Shown here piece after piece: positions 7,403-16,476 of a DNA stretch of 37,132 bases. Each line of letters begins with the position of its first letter. The stretch's first letter is position 1. The translations under genes and the position numbers were made by a program. Source of the DNA: Chitinophagaceae bacterium. GTDB lineage: Bacteria > Bacteroidota > Bacteroidia > Chitinophagales > Chitinophagaceae. The stretch covers positions 1 through 37,132 of the forward strand of contig CANGOT010000001.1 of the NCBI GenBank assembly GCA_947455425.1. The letters are read 5' to 3'. The notes beneath the pieces were generated by a model that saw only the letters and a list, made by a program, of their open reading frames with translations, was not told the origin of the DNA and searched no databases.

Positions 7403-8125
7403 TTATATAATAGCACAATTAAACAGATTTAATATAGGGCTATTGGTGGCACAAGCTGATGAAAGGGTATAACGAGGCATTGCACCACATATACCTGCTG
7501 GCTTCAAAACTATTTTATTACAAATATTTAAGTTTGCAGTTATCATATCATAAACAACCCTGTCAGCAACTTTAGTACCCATTAATATTGTTCTAACTAT
7601 TGGAGCGTTACATATTAAAGGGCAAATTGGTGTCAATACAAATGGAATAAAATAATTAGAAAATAAGTACTCCATAAGCTTTATATATCTAACACTACTT
7701 CGGTTGATTTTAATCATAAAAGGCAAAGGTGAAATATCGTCTAAATAAAAGCCTGCACCTGCTAAATCATTTATTGCTAATGTTTTGTTTATTGGTGTAC
7801 GCGGACTATTGATTAAAAAAGCATGGGTAGGAAAAAAATGTTGAAGTGGAACATTGAACCATGCAGTGTTATTAATAGCTGTAGTAGAATAGAAATATGT
7901 ACCACTTGTTGTAGGTGGAGGTGCTTCTCCTATTGCAAAATAAGGGATACAACCATATTTAACTAATACTATGTTTCTGTAATTATTTCTTGCATTATAT
8001 CTTATGACGTAGTCATTGTAAATTGCTCCAAATTGATTTGGATTGTTCATTATTTGACCAAATATTCCATTATATATATTATTGGCTTGAATTATAATTT
8101 GCATTAACTGTACTTGTGTTAGCAT
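7403..8125 (-). CDS. 240-aa hypothetical protein: charge-poor, Asn/Tyr/Phe-rich, with a Cys-rich C-terminus
   Basis: A 723-nt open frame in AT-rich DNA with no competing ORF. About 8 acidic residues in total, 8 Cys mostly in the last 70 aa, and no recognisable domain. Confidence 0.6.
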   Translation of the reverse strand: MLTQVQLMQIIIQANNIYNGIFGQIMNNPNQFGAIYNDYVIRYNARNNYRNIVLVKYGCIPYFAIGEAPPPTTSGTYFYSTTAINNTAWFNVPLQHFFPTHAFLINSPRTPINKTLAINDLAGAGFYLDDISPLPFMIKINRSSVRYIKLMEYLFSNYFIPFVLTPICPLICNAPIVRTILMGTKVADRVVYDMITANLNICNKIVLKPAGICGAMPRYTLSSACATNSPILNLFNCAII

Positions 8126-8160
8126 AATTGTTTATTTTAATGTAAATGTATATTTAAAAT

Positions 8161-9081
8161 TTATTTGAGTTTTTTAATGTAATCGTTCAGCACTCTTTTC
8201 TGAATGTACTCTTTTATCAACTTTTTTGCTTCTTGCGATTCTAATACTTCAATCTCGTTTAGGAGTCCTGTAATAAATCTGGCAATTGGTTGTATATCGA
8301 ACACCTGTATAGTAAGAATGTAATGATGTATAGGCTTTGATTCTAGTGTGAGGTACTTTTCCATGATAGGAAACTGACGAGTTAGAAGTGATGTAGCAAA
8401 AATGGTAAGTTTCAATTTTACATCAATAACCTTACCAGTATCATGAAATCCAAACAAATCAAATTTATGGTTTCTTTCTACCCACTTAGGATAAGTCTCT
8501 GCTTTAATTTCAGTAGGATAAACATCAAACATCCTTTCTAAATTAAATGCTTTGGTAATTTTCTTATCCTTTACATAACAAAAGACCTTTAGATTTTTTT
8601 CGTCAAGATGAACTGGAGTAAGATATATGTTTTTAAGTAATGCTTCTCTTGAATGATATTCCCCAATTTGAATTTGGGTTTTTGCTTTCAAAGCTTTCTT
8701 TATATTTATTAATATTATAGAAAGTGCTGTTGTATCCTTAAAGTTGTATATGATTAACTTTAATAGTTTATTAGAAAGATCCTGCGGAATGTTTTTGCTT
8801 TTCAACAACTCACTATTGATAATTTTTACATCATTCTCCGAAAACTCTGGAAGCAATGTAGCATTATCATCCTCTATTTTATACGCAACCTCTTTACTCC
8901 GTTTTTTAAGAACAGGAATGTTATCATTCTTAAGCTCTTTAATCAGTAAATAAATTGTTTTCCTTGTAACATTCATCTTTGTTACTAACTCTTTTATTGG
9001 CACAAATTCCTGACCCCTTAAATATATCTGTAGCTTTCTTTTAATAAGTAATGTTTTGGAATACTCTCCCCTTTTTTTCAT
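8161..9081 (-). CDS. WYL-domain transcriptional regulator (wHTH + WYL + C-terminal extension; BrxR/CapW/PafBC-like)
   Basis: N-terminal wHTH (VPIKELVTKMNVTRKTIYLLIKELK). Central WYL-like pattern (IGEYHSRE..NIYLTPVHL..KVFCYV..ITKAFNLERMFDV). C-terminal IARFITGLLNEIEVLES resembles the WCX-type extension. The likely start is MKKRGEY at 9081; the ORF track extends to 9138. Confidence 0.7.
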   Translation of the reverse strand: MKKRGEYSKTLLIKRKLQIYLRGQEFVPIKELVTKMNVTRKTIYLLIKELKNDNIPVLKKRSKEVAYKIEDDNATLLPEFSENDVKIINSELLKSKNIPQDLSNKLLKLIIYNFKDTTALSIILINIKKALKAKTQIQIGEYHSREALLKNIYLTPVHLDEKNLKVFCYVKDKKITKAFNLERMFDVYPTEIKAETYPKWVERNHKFDLFGFHDTGKVIDVKLKLTIFATSLLTRQFPIMEKYLTLESKPIHHYILTIQVFDIQPIARFITGLLNEIEVLESQEAKKLIKEYIQKRVLNDYIKKLK

Positions 9082-9085
9082 GAAA

Positions 9086-9093
9086 CAAATATA
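9086..9093 (-). promoter_or_regulatory. Bacteroidota -7 box TATATTTG (TAnnTTTG) just upstream of the regulator ATG
   Basis: Plus-strand CAAATATA at 9086-9093. The same geometry is seen upstream of the ABC-F gene. Confidence 0.35.
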
Positions 9094-9219
9094 TTTCGCA
9101 CTTGTTATGTAAAAAAATAGAAATGGATAATGTAACATTTTAGAATAAAATATATTAACATTTAGTTTTCTGCAAAAGCTGTAAAATCGGCACTAAAAGG
9201 AGTTTTTAGTTGATTTAAA

Positions 9220-9238
9220 TATGTTACATTGTAACATA
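9220..9238. promoter_or_regulatory. 19-bp palindrome tATGTTACA-t-TGTAACATa, putative operator
   Basis: 9-bp arms. An extra half-site, TGTAACAT, lies at 9131-9138. Both sit in the divergent region upstream of the WYL regulator. Confidence 0.5.
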
Positions 9239-9312
9239 ATGTTCGAAACTCGGTTATTTAACCAACATACTTTCGCCTAATAAAATTAGAATCAAACAAC
9301 AATCAAGCAAAC

Positions 9313-9519
9313 ATGAAAAAGTTTCTATTTATCAGTTTTCTTAGTATTCTAATAGCAAACCTCCCAAAGAATGGATTTTCGCTTCCTCCTGCTAATAGTA
9401 TTCATCAGGCAAATTACTTAAATGTAAAATGTTATTGGTGTGGGAATGCCATAAGAGCAAAGAAAACAAAGGATACTTATTGGTCTTCGGATAAAGATAT
9501 TTATTATAAGTACGAATAA
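9313..9519 (+). CDS. Small secreted protein (68 aa)
   Basis: N-terminal signal-like MKKFLFISFLSILIANL, plus a CYWC motif. Confidence 0.45.
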   Translation: MKKFLFISFLSILIANLPKNGFSLPPANSIHQANYLNVKCYWCGNAIRAKKTKDTYWSSDKDIYYKYE

Positions 9520-9556
9520 ATATTTGTAAAACAATAGTCATTATAAAAATTAACTA

Positions 9557-10762
9557 ATGCCATACATCATCAACAAACAAGGACGGAAAGTAAGTAACAT
9601 TTACGATGAAATTCTCCCCTTCTCTGAAGGATATGCCGCCTTCAGGGATAAGGATAAATGGGGTATGCTAGGTTTAGATGGAGAGATTGCAATTCCTGCT
9701 ATGTATCAGCAATGCAAATGCTTTACAGCAGGTTTAGCACCTGCTAAAATGAATGATAAATTTGGTTTCATCAATCCAAAAAACGAGGTTGTCATTGCAT
9801 TCGTTTATGATGATGCAAGAAACTTCTATGGGGGTTACGCATCTGTAAAGCAAGGAGAATACTGGACAGCAATCAACATAGAAGGTAAACCTTTAACAGA
9901 CTTCAAATTTAAATTTATAACTTGGTTCTTTGATGGTATTGCTGGGGTGTTTATCAATGGAAGATGGACTTATATAGATACTTTAGGAAAAGAAATAATT
10001 CCTTTAAAATATAAAATGGTAAGCCCTTTTTATAATGGATTTGGCACTATAAAAGACGATAATAATAAATGTGGTATAATAGATATAACAGGTGTCATAA
10101 TAGTACCTTGCCAGTATGATGAAATACTGAATGTGATGGAAGATTTTGTAGCTATACGTAATGGCAAACTATGGGGTTTTTTGAATATGCTGACTGCAAC
10201 AATAGAAATCCCTTTTCAGTTTAAGGATGTAAAATTAGGTTTTAAAAATGACGTTTGTTTTATTAAAAAAGGAGAACATTATGGTGCCATTAATAAGAAA
10301 GGAGAACAAGTACTCCCCTTTGTTTTTCTAGATGTAAAAACACCATCAAAATTCTTTCAAACGCCTTTCAGCGAGGGACTCGCTGTAGTTTCGCTTGATA
10401 AAGACAAAGGAATGATAGATGCAAATAACCAAATAGTTGAGAACTTGGATTATGACCCCAATAATTATCTTGAATTCAATTTAAAATGGAATAGAGGCAA
10501 CAAACCCACCAGTTCATTCAATTTATTTTTATGGGGAATAATTAGTATTCAGGATTCTGATACCGGCAAAGTTATTCTACCTTTTAAATACCGAAAAATA
10601 GAAGACTATAGTAATGGTCTCGCACTGATAAAAGACATAAATCATAGTGGCTATGTAGACACCAGTGGAAATATGGCAATTCCTTTAGCCGACTATGGTA
10701 TTGCTACTTCATTCTCCGAAGACAGAGCTGTTGTTGACACACATAATTATTATGACTATTAA
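9557..10762 (+). CDS. WG-repeat (KWG-type) protein, 401 aa
   Basis: Recurrent units such as DKWGMLGLDGEIAIPAMYQ, DKFGFINPKNEVVIAFVYDD, GKLWGFLN and HYGAINKKGEQVLPFVF. Confidence 0.7.
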   Translation: MPYIINKQGRKVSNIYDEILPFSEGYAAFRDKDKWGMLGLDGEIAIPAMYQQCKCFTAGLAPAKMNDKFGFINPKNEVVIAFVYDDARNFYGGYASVKQGEYWTAINIEGKPLTDFKFKFITWFFDGIAGVFINGRWTYIDTLGKEIIPLKYKMVSPFYNGFGTIKDDNNKCGIIDITGVIIVPCQYDEILNVMEDFVAIRNGKLWGFLNMLTATIEIPFQFKDVKLGFKNDVCFIKKGEHYGAINKKGEQVLPFVFLDVKTPSKFFQTPFSEGLAVVSLDKDKGMIDANNQIVENLDYDPNNYLEFNLKWNRGNKPTSSFNLFLWGIISIQDSDTGKVILPFKYRKIEDYSNGLALIKDINHSGYVDTSGNMAIPLADYGIATSFSEDRAVVDTHNYYDY

Positions 10763-10771
10763 AATTTAAAT

Positions 10772-10930
10772 ATGAAAAAAGATACAAATATTGACACTGG
10801 ACTATTTTTCCTTTTTGGTATTGTGGGATGGATTTTAAAAATCATTTTTCTGATATTGCTATTCCCATTTCGTGTTTTGATTTACAGAAATAATCCACTT
10901 AATGTAAAACGGGTGAAAATTATTAAATAA
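10772..10930 (+). CDS. 52-aa membrane peptide (below the ORF-track cutoff)
   Basis: ATG at 10772 and TAA at 10928-10930. MKKDTNIDTGLFFLFGIVGWILKIIFLILLFPF is hydrophobic. It is packed tightly between flanking genes. Confidence 0.35.
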   Translation: MKKDTNIDTGLFFLFGIVGWILKIIFLILLFPFRVLIYRNNPLNVKRVKIIK

Positions 10931-10958
10931 ATTAATACTCATAACTTAATGCTTATTT

Positions 10959-11492
10959 ATGGAACCATGGACAGGATTTGATAAAGGAAATGAAGAAATT
11001 TTGGCTGAAATCTATTCCTTTAAACAAGAGTTTTTTGACCATCAAGTAATATTAATGAAAGCCAAAGGTGTAACATATTTTCAGGATAGATGGGATATGG
11101 ATCAATGCCAGCAAATTAGCTATGCTTATGAGGCTTTAATTTATTACAAAAATGAAAACCAATTAAAGAAATATGAGTTTGTCAGAGAATTATTAAACCA
11201 ACAAACAGACAGCTACCCAATACCAAAGCCAACTGCTTTTGCCAATGATTATTTTAGCCTTATGGAAAAGTATGGCATTGACTTCTTTTTAAAAAGAGAA
11301 AAAGGCGAAGAAATATTTTATGTAAGTTGTGCGTATGAACTTTTAATCTATTATATGCAGGAAGAACAATATGAAAGGTGTTCTTATATTCAATATTTAA
11401 TTGACAAACTGAAAAGCTATTTTCCAAGAGTCCTATCCCATATTGTTGAAAATAATAAGCTAAAACCAGTGGTAACTTATTCAAAAAGATGA
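10959..11492 (+). CDS. 177-aa hypothetical protein with an internal duplication
   Basis: ISYAYEALIYYKNENQLKKYEFVRELL is repeated as VSCAYELLIYYMQEEQYERCSYIQYLI. It ends in tandem TGA-TAG-TAA. Confidence 0.55.
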   Translation: MEPWTGFDKGNEEILAEIYSFKQEFFDHQVILMKAKGVTYFQDRWDMDQCQQISYAYEALIYYKNENQLKKYEFVRELLNQQTDSYPIPKPTAFANDYFSLMEKYGIDFFLKREKGEEIFYVSCAYELLIYYMQEEQYERCSYIQYLIDKLKSYFPRVLSHIVENNKLKPVVTYSKR

Positions 11493-11630
11493 TAGTAAGA
11501 AAATATTCTTAAATATCACAATCTATTCAAAATAACCCACAAACACCTATATTTTTAATACTAAACTTCCTCTCACTCTACAAGAAGTTTAAACCAAGAA
11601 ACCTACAAGTTTTACTAGTGAATTAAGGTA

Positions 11631-11662
11631 TTATAGTTGCAACTTTCATCATTAAGGGGAGC
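11631..11662 (+). repeat. Copy B of the conserved 32-nt motif TTATAGTTGCAaCTTTCaTCATTAAGGGGAGC
   Basis: 30/32 identical to 5119-5150. Confidence 0.85.
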
Positions 11663-11663
11663 G

Positions 11664-11697
11664 AAAAAAGCATTTCAAATTTTGAAATGCTTTTTTT
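11664..11697. terminator. Bidirectional terminator (A6, palindromic stem GCATTTCAAA/TTTGAAATGC, T7)
   Basis: Read directly from the sequence. Confidence 0.7.
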
Positions 11698-11726
11698 ATT
11701 TTATTGAATTGGTCTATCATAAAAAT

Positions 11727-11757
11727 AAAAAACGGCTCTTTTAAGGAGCCGTTTTTT
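11727..11757. terminator. rpoB terminator (A6-CGGCTCT-tttaa-GGAGCCG-T6), bidirectional
   Basis: Hairpin with flanking A and T tracts, 28 nt downstream of the rpoB stop. Confidence 0.75.
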
Positions 11758-11784
11758 ATTGTATAAAATCTTAGTTTATTAAGC

Positions 11785-14700
11785 TTACTCAAACTTTAAG
11801 TCTAAGCCTAAACCTCTTAATTCGTGAACCAATACATTGAATGATTCAGGAACACCTGGTCTAGGGATATTATCGCCTTTTACAATAGCTTCATAAGTTT
11901 TTGCACGACCAATAATATCATCAGATTTCAGTGTTAATAATTCTTGTAAAATATTGGCTGCACCATATGCTTCTAATGCCCAAACCTCCATCTCACCAAA
12001 TCTTTGACCACCAAACTGAGCCTTACCACCAAGAGGTTGTTGAGTAATCAAACTGTATGGTCCAATGCTACGAGCGTGCATTTTATCATCCACCATATGG
12101 TGTAATTTAATTACGTAGATAACACCTACTGTTGCTTTTTGGTGGAATCTCTCACCTGTTTCGCCATCATAAAGGTGTGTATGACCATTTAAAGGAATTC
12201 CGGCTTCTTTACACAAGTTTTCAATTTCAGTAGTGCTAGCACCATCAAAAATTGGCGTTGCATATTTTCTACCTAGTTTTAAGCCTGTCCAACCTAAAAT
12301 GGTTTCATAAATCTGACCCAAGTTCATACGAGAAGGTACACCCAATGGATTCAACACAATATCAACCGGTGTTCCATCTTCCATAAATGGCATATCCTCG
12401 GCACGAACAATTTTAGCAACGATACCTTTATTTCCGTGACGACCCGCCATTTTATCACCCACTTTCAATTTACGCTTAACGGCAAGATAAACTTTAGCAA
12501 GTTTTAATACACCAGCTGGTAATTCATCACCAATTGAAATATTAAATTTATCTCTTTTAAATCTACCTAACTCTTCATTAAACTTAATCGTATAGTTATG
12601 TAATAAAGTATTAATGGCTTGGTCTACTTTTTCTTCACCAGTCCAACCCAAAGGGTTAATACCGTGAACATCTAAAGAAGCCAGATTTTTTTGGTTGAAC
12701 TTAACTCCTTTACCTATCAAAGTTTCTCCATAACTATTAGTAACACCAGCAGATGTTTTATCTCTTAGCAAGATCGTTAATTTTCCAACTAACTGTTCTT
12801 TTAGATCATCTACTACTAAATTATGGGCTTTCTCTACTTTTTCTAAAGCCGCTTTTTCACGAACTTTAGAGTTTTTATCTTTTTTCGCTCTTTGGAATAA
12901 TTTTTTATCGATAACAGTTCCTTCTGTTCCATTTGGAGCTTTTAAAGAAGCATCTTTTGCATCACCTGCTTTGTCTCCAAAGATCGCACGTAAAAGTTTT
13001 TCTTCCGGAGTTGGATCACTTTCTCCTTTAGGAGTAATTTTTCCAATTAAAATATCACCTTCCTTAATTGTTGCACCAATTCTGATGATACCATTTTCAT
13101 CAAGGTCTTTAGTTGCTTCCTCGCTAATATTGGGAATATCAGAAGTTAATTCTTCTTCGCCTAATTTAGTATCTCTTACCTCTAATTCATATTCATCGAT
13201 GTGTAAAGAAGTAAACAAATCCTCTCGAACAACTTTTTCATTAATTACAATGGCATCCTCGAAGTTATACCCTTTCCAAGGCATAAATGCAACAACTAAA
13301 TTTCTTCCTAAAGCTAACTCACCATTTTGAGTAGCATAACCCTCAGTTAAGAAGTCTCCTTTTTTAACTTTTTGTCCTTTTTTAACAGCAGGACGCAAAT
13401 TGATACAAGTAGATTGGTTGGTTTTAACAAATTTAGTTAGTTTATAAACTATCAAATCATCGTGAAAAGATATTAGTCTATCATCATCATTTCTATCGTA
13501 ACGAATATGAATTTCTCTTGAATCAACAAACTCAACAACCCCATTTCCTTCTGCGTGAATTTGAATACGAGCATCTAATGCTGCTTTTGCTTCTAGTCCA
13601 GTACCTACAATTGGAGCATCCATTCTAATCAATGGCACAGCTTGACGTTGCATATTTGATCCCATCAAAGCACGGTTGGCATCATCATGTTCCAAGAAGG
13701 GAATTAATGAAGCAGAAAGACCTACAATTTGATTTGGAGCAACGTCCATATATTGAACATCTGCTTTATCTAAAATTGGAAAATCTCCAGTATCTCTACT
13801 CACAATTTTTGCTTCTAAGAAATTACCTTTATCATCTATTGGTGTATTACTTTGTGCAATTTTTTTATCTTCTTCCTCTTCAGCACTCATATACTTAAAC
13901 TCTTTCAAATTCACCTTGCCATTATCAACTTTACGATAAGGAGTTTCAATGAATCCCATATCATTAATAGCAGCATGAACGCAAAGTGTTGAAATCAAAC
14001 CAATGTTTGGACCTTCTGGAGTTTCAATTGTACATAAACGACCGTAGTGAGAATAGTGTACGTCACGAACCTCGAAACCAGCTCTTTCTCTACTCAAACC
14101 ACCAGGTCCTAATGCTGAAATACGACGTTTGTGTGTAATTTCAGAAAGAGGATTCGTTTGATCTAAGAATTGAGATAGCTGAGATGTACCAAAGAATGAG
14201 TTAATAACAGAAGAAAGTGTACGAGCATTAATCAAATCAACTGGTGTAAATACCTCGTTGTCACGAACATTCATTCTTTCACGAATAGTACGAGCCATAC
14301 GAGCTAAACCAACACCAAATTGTGCATACAATTGTTCTCCAACAGTTCTAACACGACGATTTGATAAATGATCAATATCATCAATCTCAGCCTTAGCGTT
14401 TGTTAAACGCACTAAGTATTTAATGATTTCGATAATATCTTGTTTCGTCAATACTTTTTTCTCAATAGGAATAGCGTGTTCTAGTTTTCTGTTGATTTTG
14501 TAACGACCAACTTCTCCTAAATCATAACGCTTATCACTAAAGAATAATTTATCGATAATACCACGTGCAGTTTCGTTATCCGGAGCATCTGCACCACGCA
14601 ATTGGCGATAGATATGCTGAACCGCCTCTAACTCACTATTAGAAGTATCTTTATTTAATGTATTGTAGATAATTGCATAGTCTCCACCTAATTCCTCTTT

Positions 14701-15588
14701 TTGAATGAAGATACTTTCTATACCCATTTCAACAATAGTATCAATACCATCTTCATCCAAAACTGTATCACGCTCCATTACAATTTCGTTACGCTCAATA
14801 CTAACAACCTCTCCTGTATCTTCATCTACGAAATCTTCAACCCAAGTTCTTAAAACGCGGGCTGCAAGTTTTCTACCAACATGAGGTTGAAGTGCTTCAG
14901 CATCCACAGTAATTTCATCAGCCATTCCAAAAAGCTCAAGAATGTCTTTATCAGTTTCAAAACCAATTGAACGCAATAAGGTGGTTACAGGGAACTTTTT
15001 CTTTCTATCAATGTAAGCATACATTACATTGTTAATATCTGTAGCAAATTCCATCCAGGCTCCTTTAAAAGGAATTACACGGGCAGAATAAATTTTAGTA
15101 CCATTAGGGTGTGTTGATTGACCAAAGAATACACCTGGAGAACGATGTAATTGAGAAACAATTACACGCTCTGCACCATTCACAACAAAAGTACCACGAG
15201 GTGTCATATAAGGAATATTTCCCAAAAACACATCTTGTACAATTGTTTGGAAATCTACGTGCTCTTCATCATTACAACTCAATCGCAGCTTAGCTTTTAA
15301 AGGCACCGCATACGTTAATCCACGCTCCATACACTCAACAATCGAGTAACGTGGCGGATCAATAAAATAGTCTAGAAACTCTAAAACGAAAATGTTACGA
15401 GTATCAGTAATAGGAAAGTTTTCCTTGAATACTTTAAACAATCCCTCGTTGTTACGCTTATCCGGCGTAGTTTCTAATTGAAAAAACTCTCTGAAAGATT
15501 CTAGTTGAATATCTAGTAAATCAGGAGCTGCTGCTAGGTGTTTTGTTTTACCAAAGTTAATCCTAGTATTTAAGGTTGTTGTAGACAT
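11785..15588 (-). CDS. rpoB: DNA-directed RNA polymerase beta subunit (1267 aa)
   Basis: Full-length, with unmistakable RpoB blocks ([69 protein letters not shown]). Confidence 0.98.
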   Translation of the reverse strand: MSTTTLNTRINFGKTKHLAAAPDLLDIQLESFREFFQLETTPDKRNNEGLFKVFKENFPITDTRNIFVLEFLDYFIDPPRYSIVECMERGLTYAVPLKAKLRLSCNDEEHVDFQTIVQDVFLGNIPYMTPRGTFVVNGAERVIVSQLHRSPGVFFGQSTHPNGTKIYSARVIPFKGAWMEFATDINNVMYAYIDRKKKFPVTTLLRSIGFETDKDILELFGMADEITVDAEALQPHVGRKLAARVLRTWVEDFVDEDTGEVVSIERNEIVMERDTVLDEDGIDTIVEMGIESIFIQKEELGGDYAIIYNTLNKDTSNSELEAVQHIYRQLRGADAPDNETARGIIDKLFFSDKRYDLGEVGRYKINRKLEHAIPIEKKVLTKQDIIEIIKYLVRLTNAKAEIDDIDHLSNRRVRTVGEQLYAQFGVGLARMARTIRERMNVRDNEVFTPVDLINARTLSSVINSFFGTSQLSQFLDQTNPLSEITHKRRISALGPGGLSRERAGFEVRDVHYSHYGRLCTIETPEGPNIGLISTLCVHAAINDMGFIETPYRKVDNGKVNLKEFKYMSAEEEEDKKIAQSNTPIDDKGNFLEAKIVSRDTGDFPILDKADVQYMDVAPNQIVGLSASLIPFLEHDDANRALMGSNMQRQAVPLIRMDAPIVGTGLEAKAALDARIQIHAEGNGVVEFVDSREIHIRYDRNDDDRLISFHDDLIVYKLTKFVKTNQSTCINLRPAVKKGQKVKKGDFLTEGYATQNGELALGRNLVVAFMPWKGYNFEDAIVINEKVVREDLFTSLHIDEYELEVRDTKLGEEELTSDIPNISEEATKDLDENGIIRIGATIKEGDILIGKITPKGESDPTPEEKLLRAIFGDKAGDAKDASLKAPNGTEGTVIDKKLFQRAKKDKNSKVREKAALEKVEKAHNLVVDDLKEQLVGKLTILLRDKTSAGVTNSYGETLIGKGVKFNQKNLASLDVHGINPLGWTGEEKVDQAINTLLHNYTIKFNEELGRFKRDKFNISIGDELPAGVLKLAKVYLAVKRKLKVGDKMAGRHGNKGIVAKIVRAEDMPFMEDGTPVDIVLNPLGVPSRMNLGQIYETILGWTGLKLGRKYATPIFDGASTTEIENLCKEAGIPLNGHTHLYDGETGERFHQKATVGVIYVIKLHHMVDDKMHARSIGPYSLITQQPLGGKAQFGGQRFGEMEVWALEAYGAANILQELLTLKSDDIIGRAKTYEAIVKGDNIPRPGVPESFNVLVHELRGLGLDLKFE

Positions 15589-15936
15589 AAATGTAGTAAT
15601 CCAGTTTAGCTAAAAATGTGCGATTAGCAAGTGCTTTAATGGCCATAATTCACTTGCGGTACCCATCGAAATAATAAAGGATTGCAAAAGTAGGGGTTTG
15701 AGGTGATTTGTGGAAAAGTTTTTAACATAATTTCAAAATTTTCCCTTTACAAAAAGTTTTTTAAGCGATCTGGTTGGGAAAATGCTTTTGAATGTCTACT
15801 CATTTTTGCCATCCTTCGCCAAAAATAAAGGTACTTATATATCGTAGACTCAAATTATAAAGATTGCACTCTTGATGAATCGCATCAAACAAAATAAAAA
15901 AATTTACCAATCCCATTCAACATTCATTTTTTTACC

Positions 15937-15944
15937 TACTTTTG
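15937..15944 (+). promoter_or_regulatory. Bacteroidota -7 box TACTTTTG
   Basis: Matches TAnnTTTG, 19 nt upstream of the ATG at 15963. Confidence 0.35.
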
Positions 15945-15962
15945 AAAACGAAAAAGTTTAAT

Positions 15963-16415
15963 ATGAATAAAATAATTGTCGCAGCTATTTGTTTGTTTAC
16001 TGTAGTGATTGCTTGTAAAAAAAATTCGAATTCCACAACAGATAACTTAACGCTTAATACTGTAAATATTGCTGGAAAATATCGTGCAACCGACTTTTAT
16101 GTAACTGCATCTGGAATTGGTTATGACATTTATGATTCTGTATTTAACCCGGCTTGTAAAAAGTTTTCAATTAATACTTTTACCTCTGACGGATACTATA
16201 CATACTATGACTCTTGTAACAAAACAACAAGCGTTCCATCTGTTTATACAGTTGTTTCGCCAAATGTTCTTTATTATAACGGAAAACAATATATAGTACA
16301 AAGCCTAACAAGTACCCAACTTGTTATAGGTTTTGACAGTCTTATTACCTTGCCACAACCATACAATACTACTTTGAATGCTAATTTTAAATTAACACTA
16401 ACAAAACAACCATAG
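15963..16415 (+). CDS. Lipoprotein, hypothetical
   Basis: MNKIIVAAICLFTVVIAC gives a signal peptide with a lipobox Cys. The ORF-track start at 15942 is a TTG, so the ATG at 15963 is preferred. Confidence 0.6.
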   Translation: MNKIIVAAICLFTVVIACKKNSNSTTDNLTLNTVNIAGKYRATDFYVTASGIGYDIYDSVFNPACKKFSINTFTSDGYYTYYDSCNKTTSVPSVYTVVSPNVLYYNGKQYIVQSLTSTQLVIGFDSLITLPQPYNTTLNANFKLTLTKQP

Positions 16416-16476
16416 TTTCTTGCTTTGGGTAAATAAAAGGAAGATGTAAAATTAGATCCTTTTTTAAAACAGCTGT

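Noticed and set aside
11484-11498. Triple in-frame stop TGA-TAG-TAA at the end of the 177-aa gene
   Set aside because: Tandem stops are common in AT-rich genomes, and nothing indicates readthrough biology.
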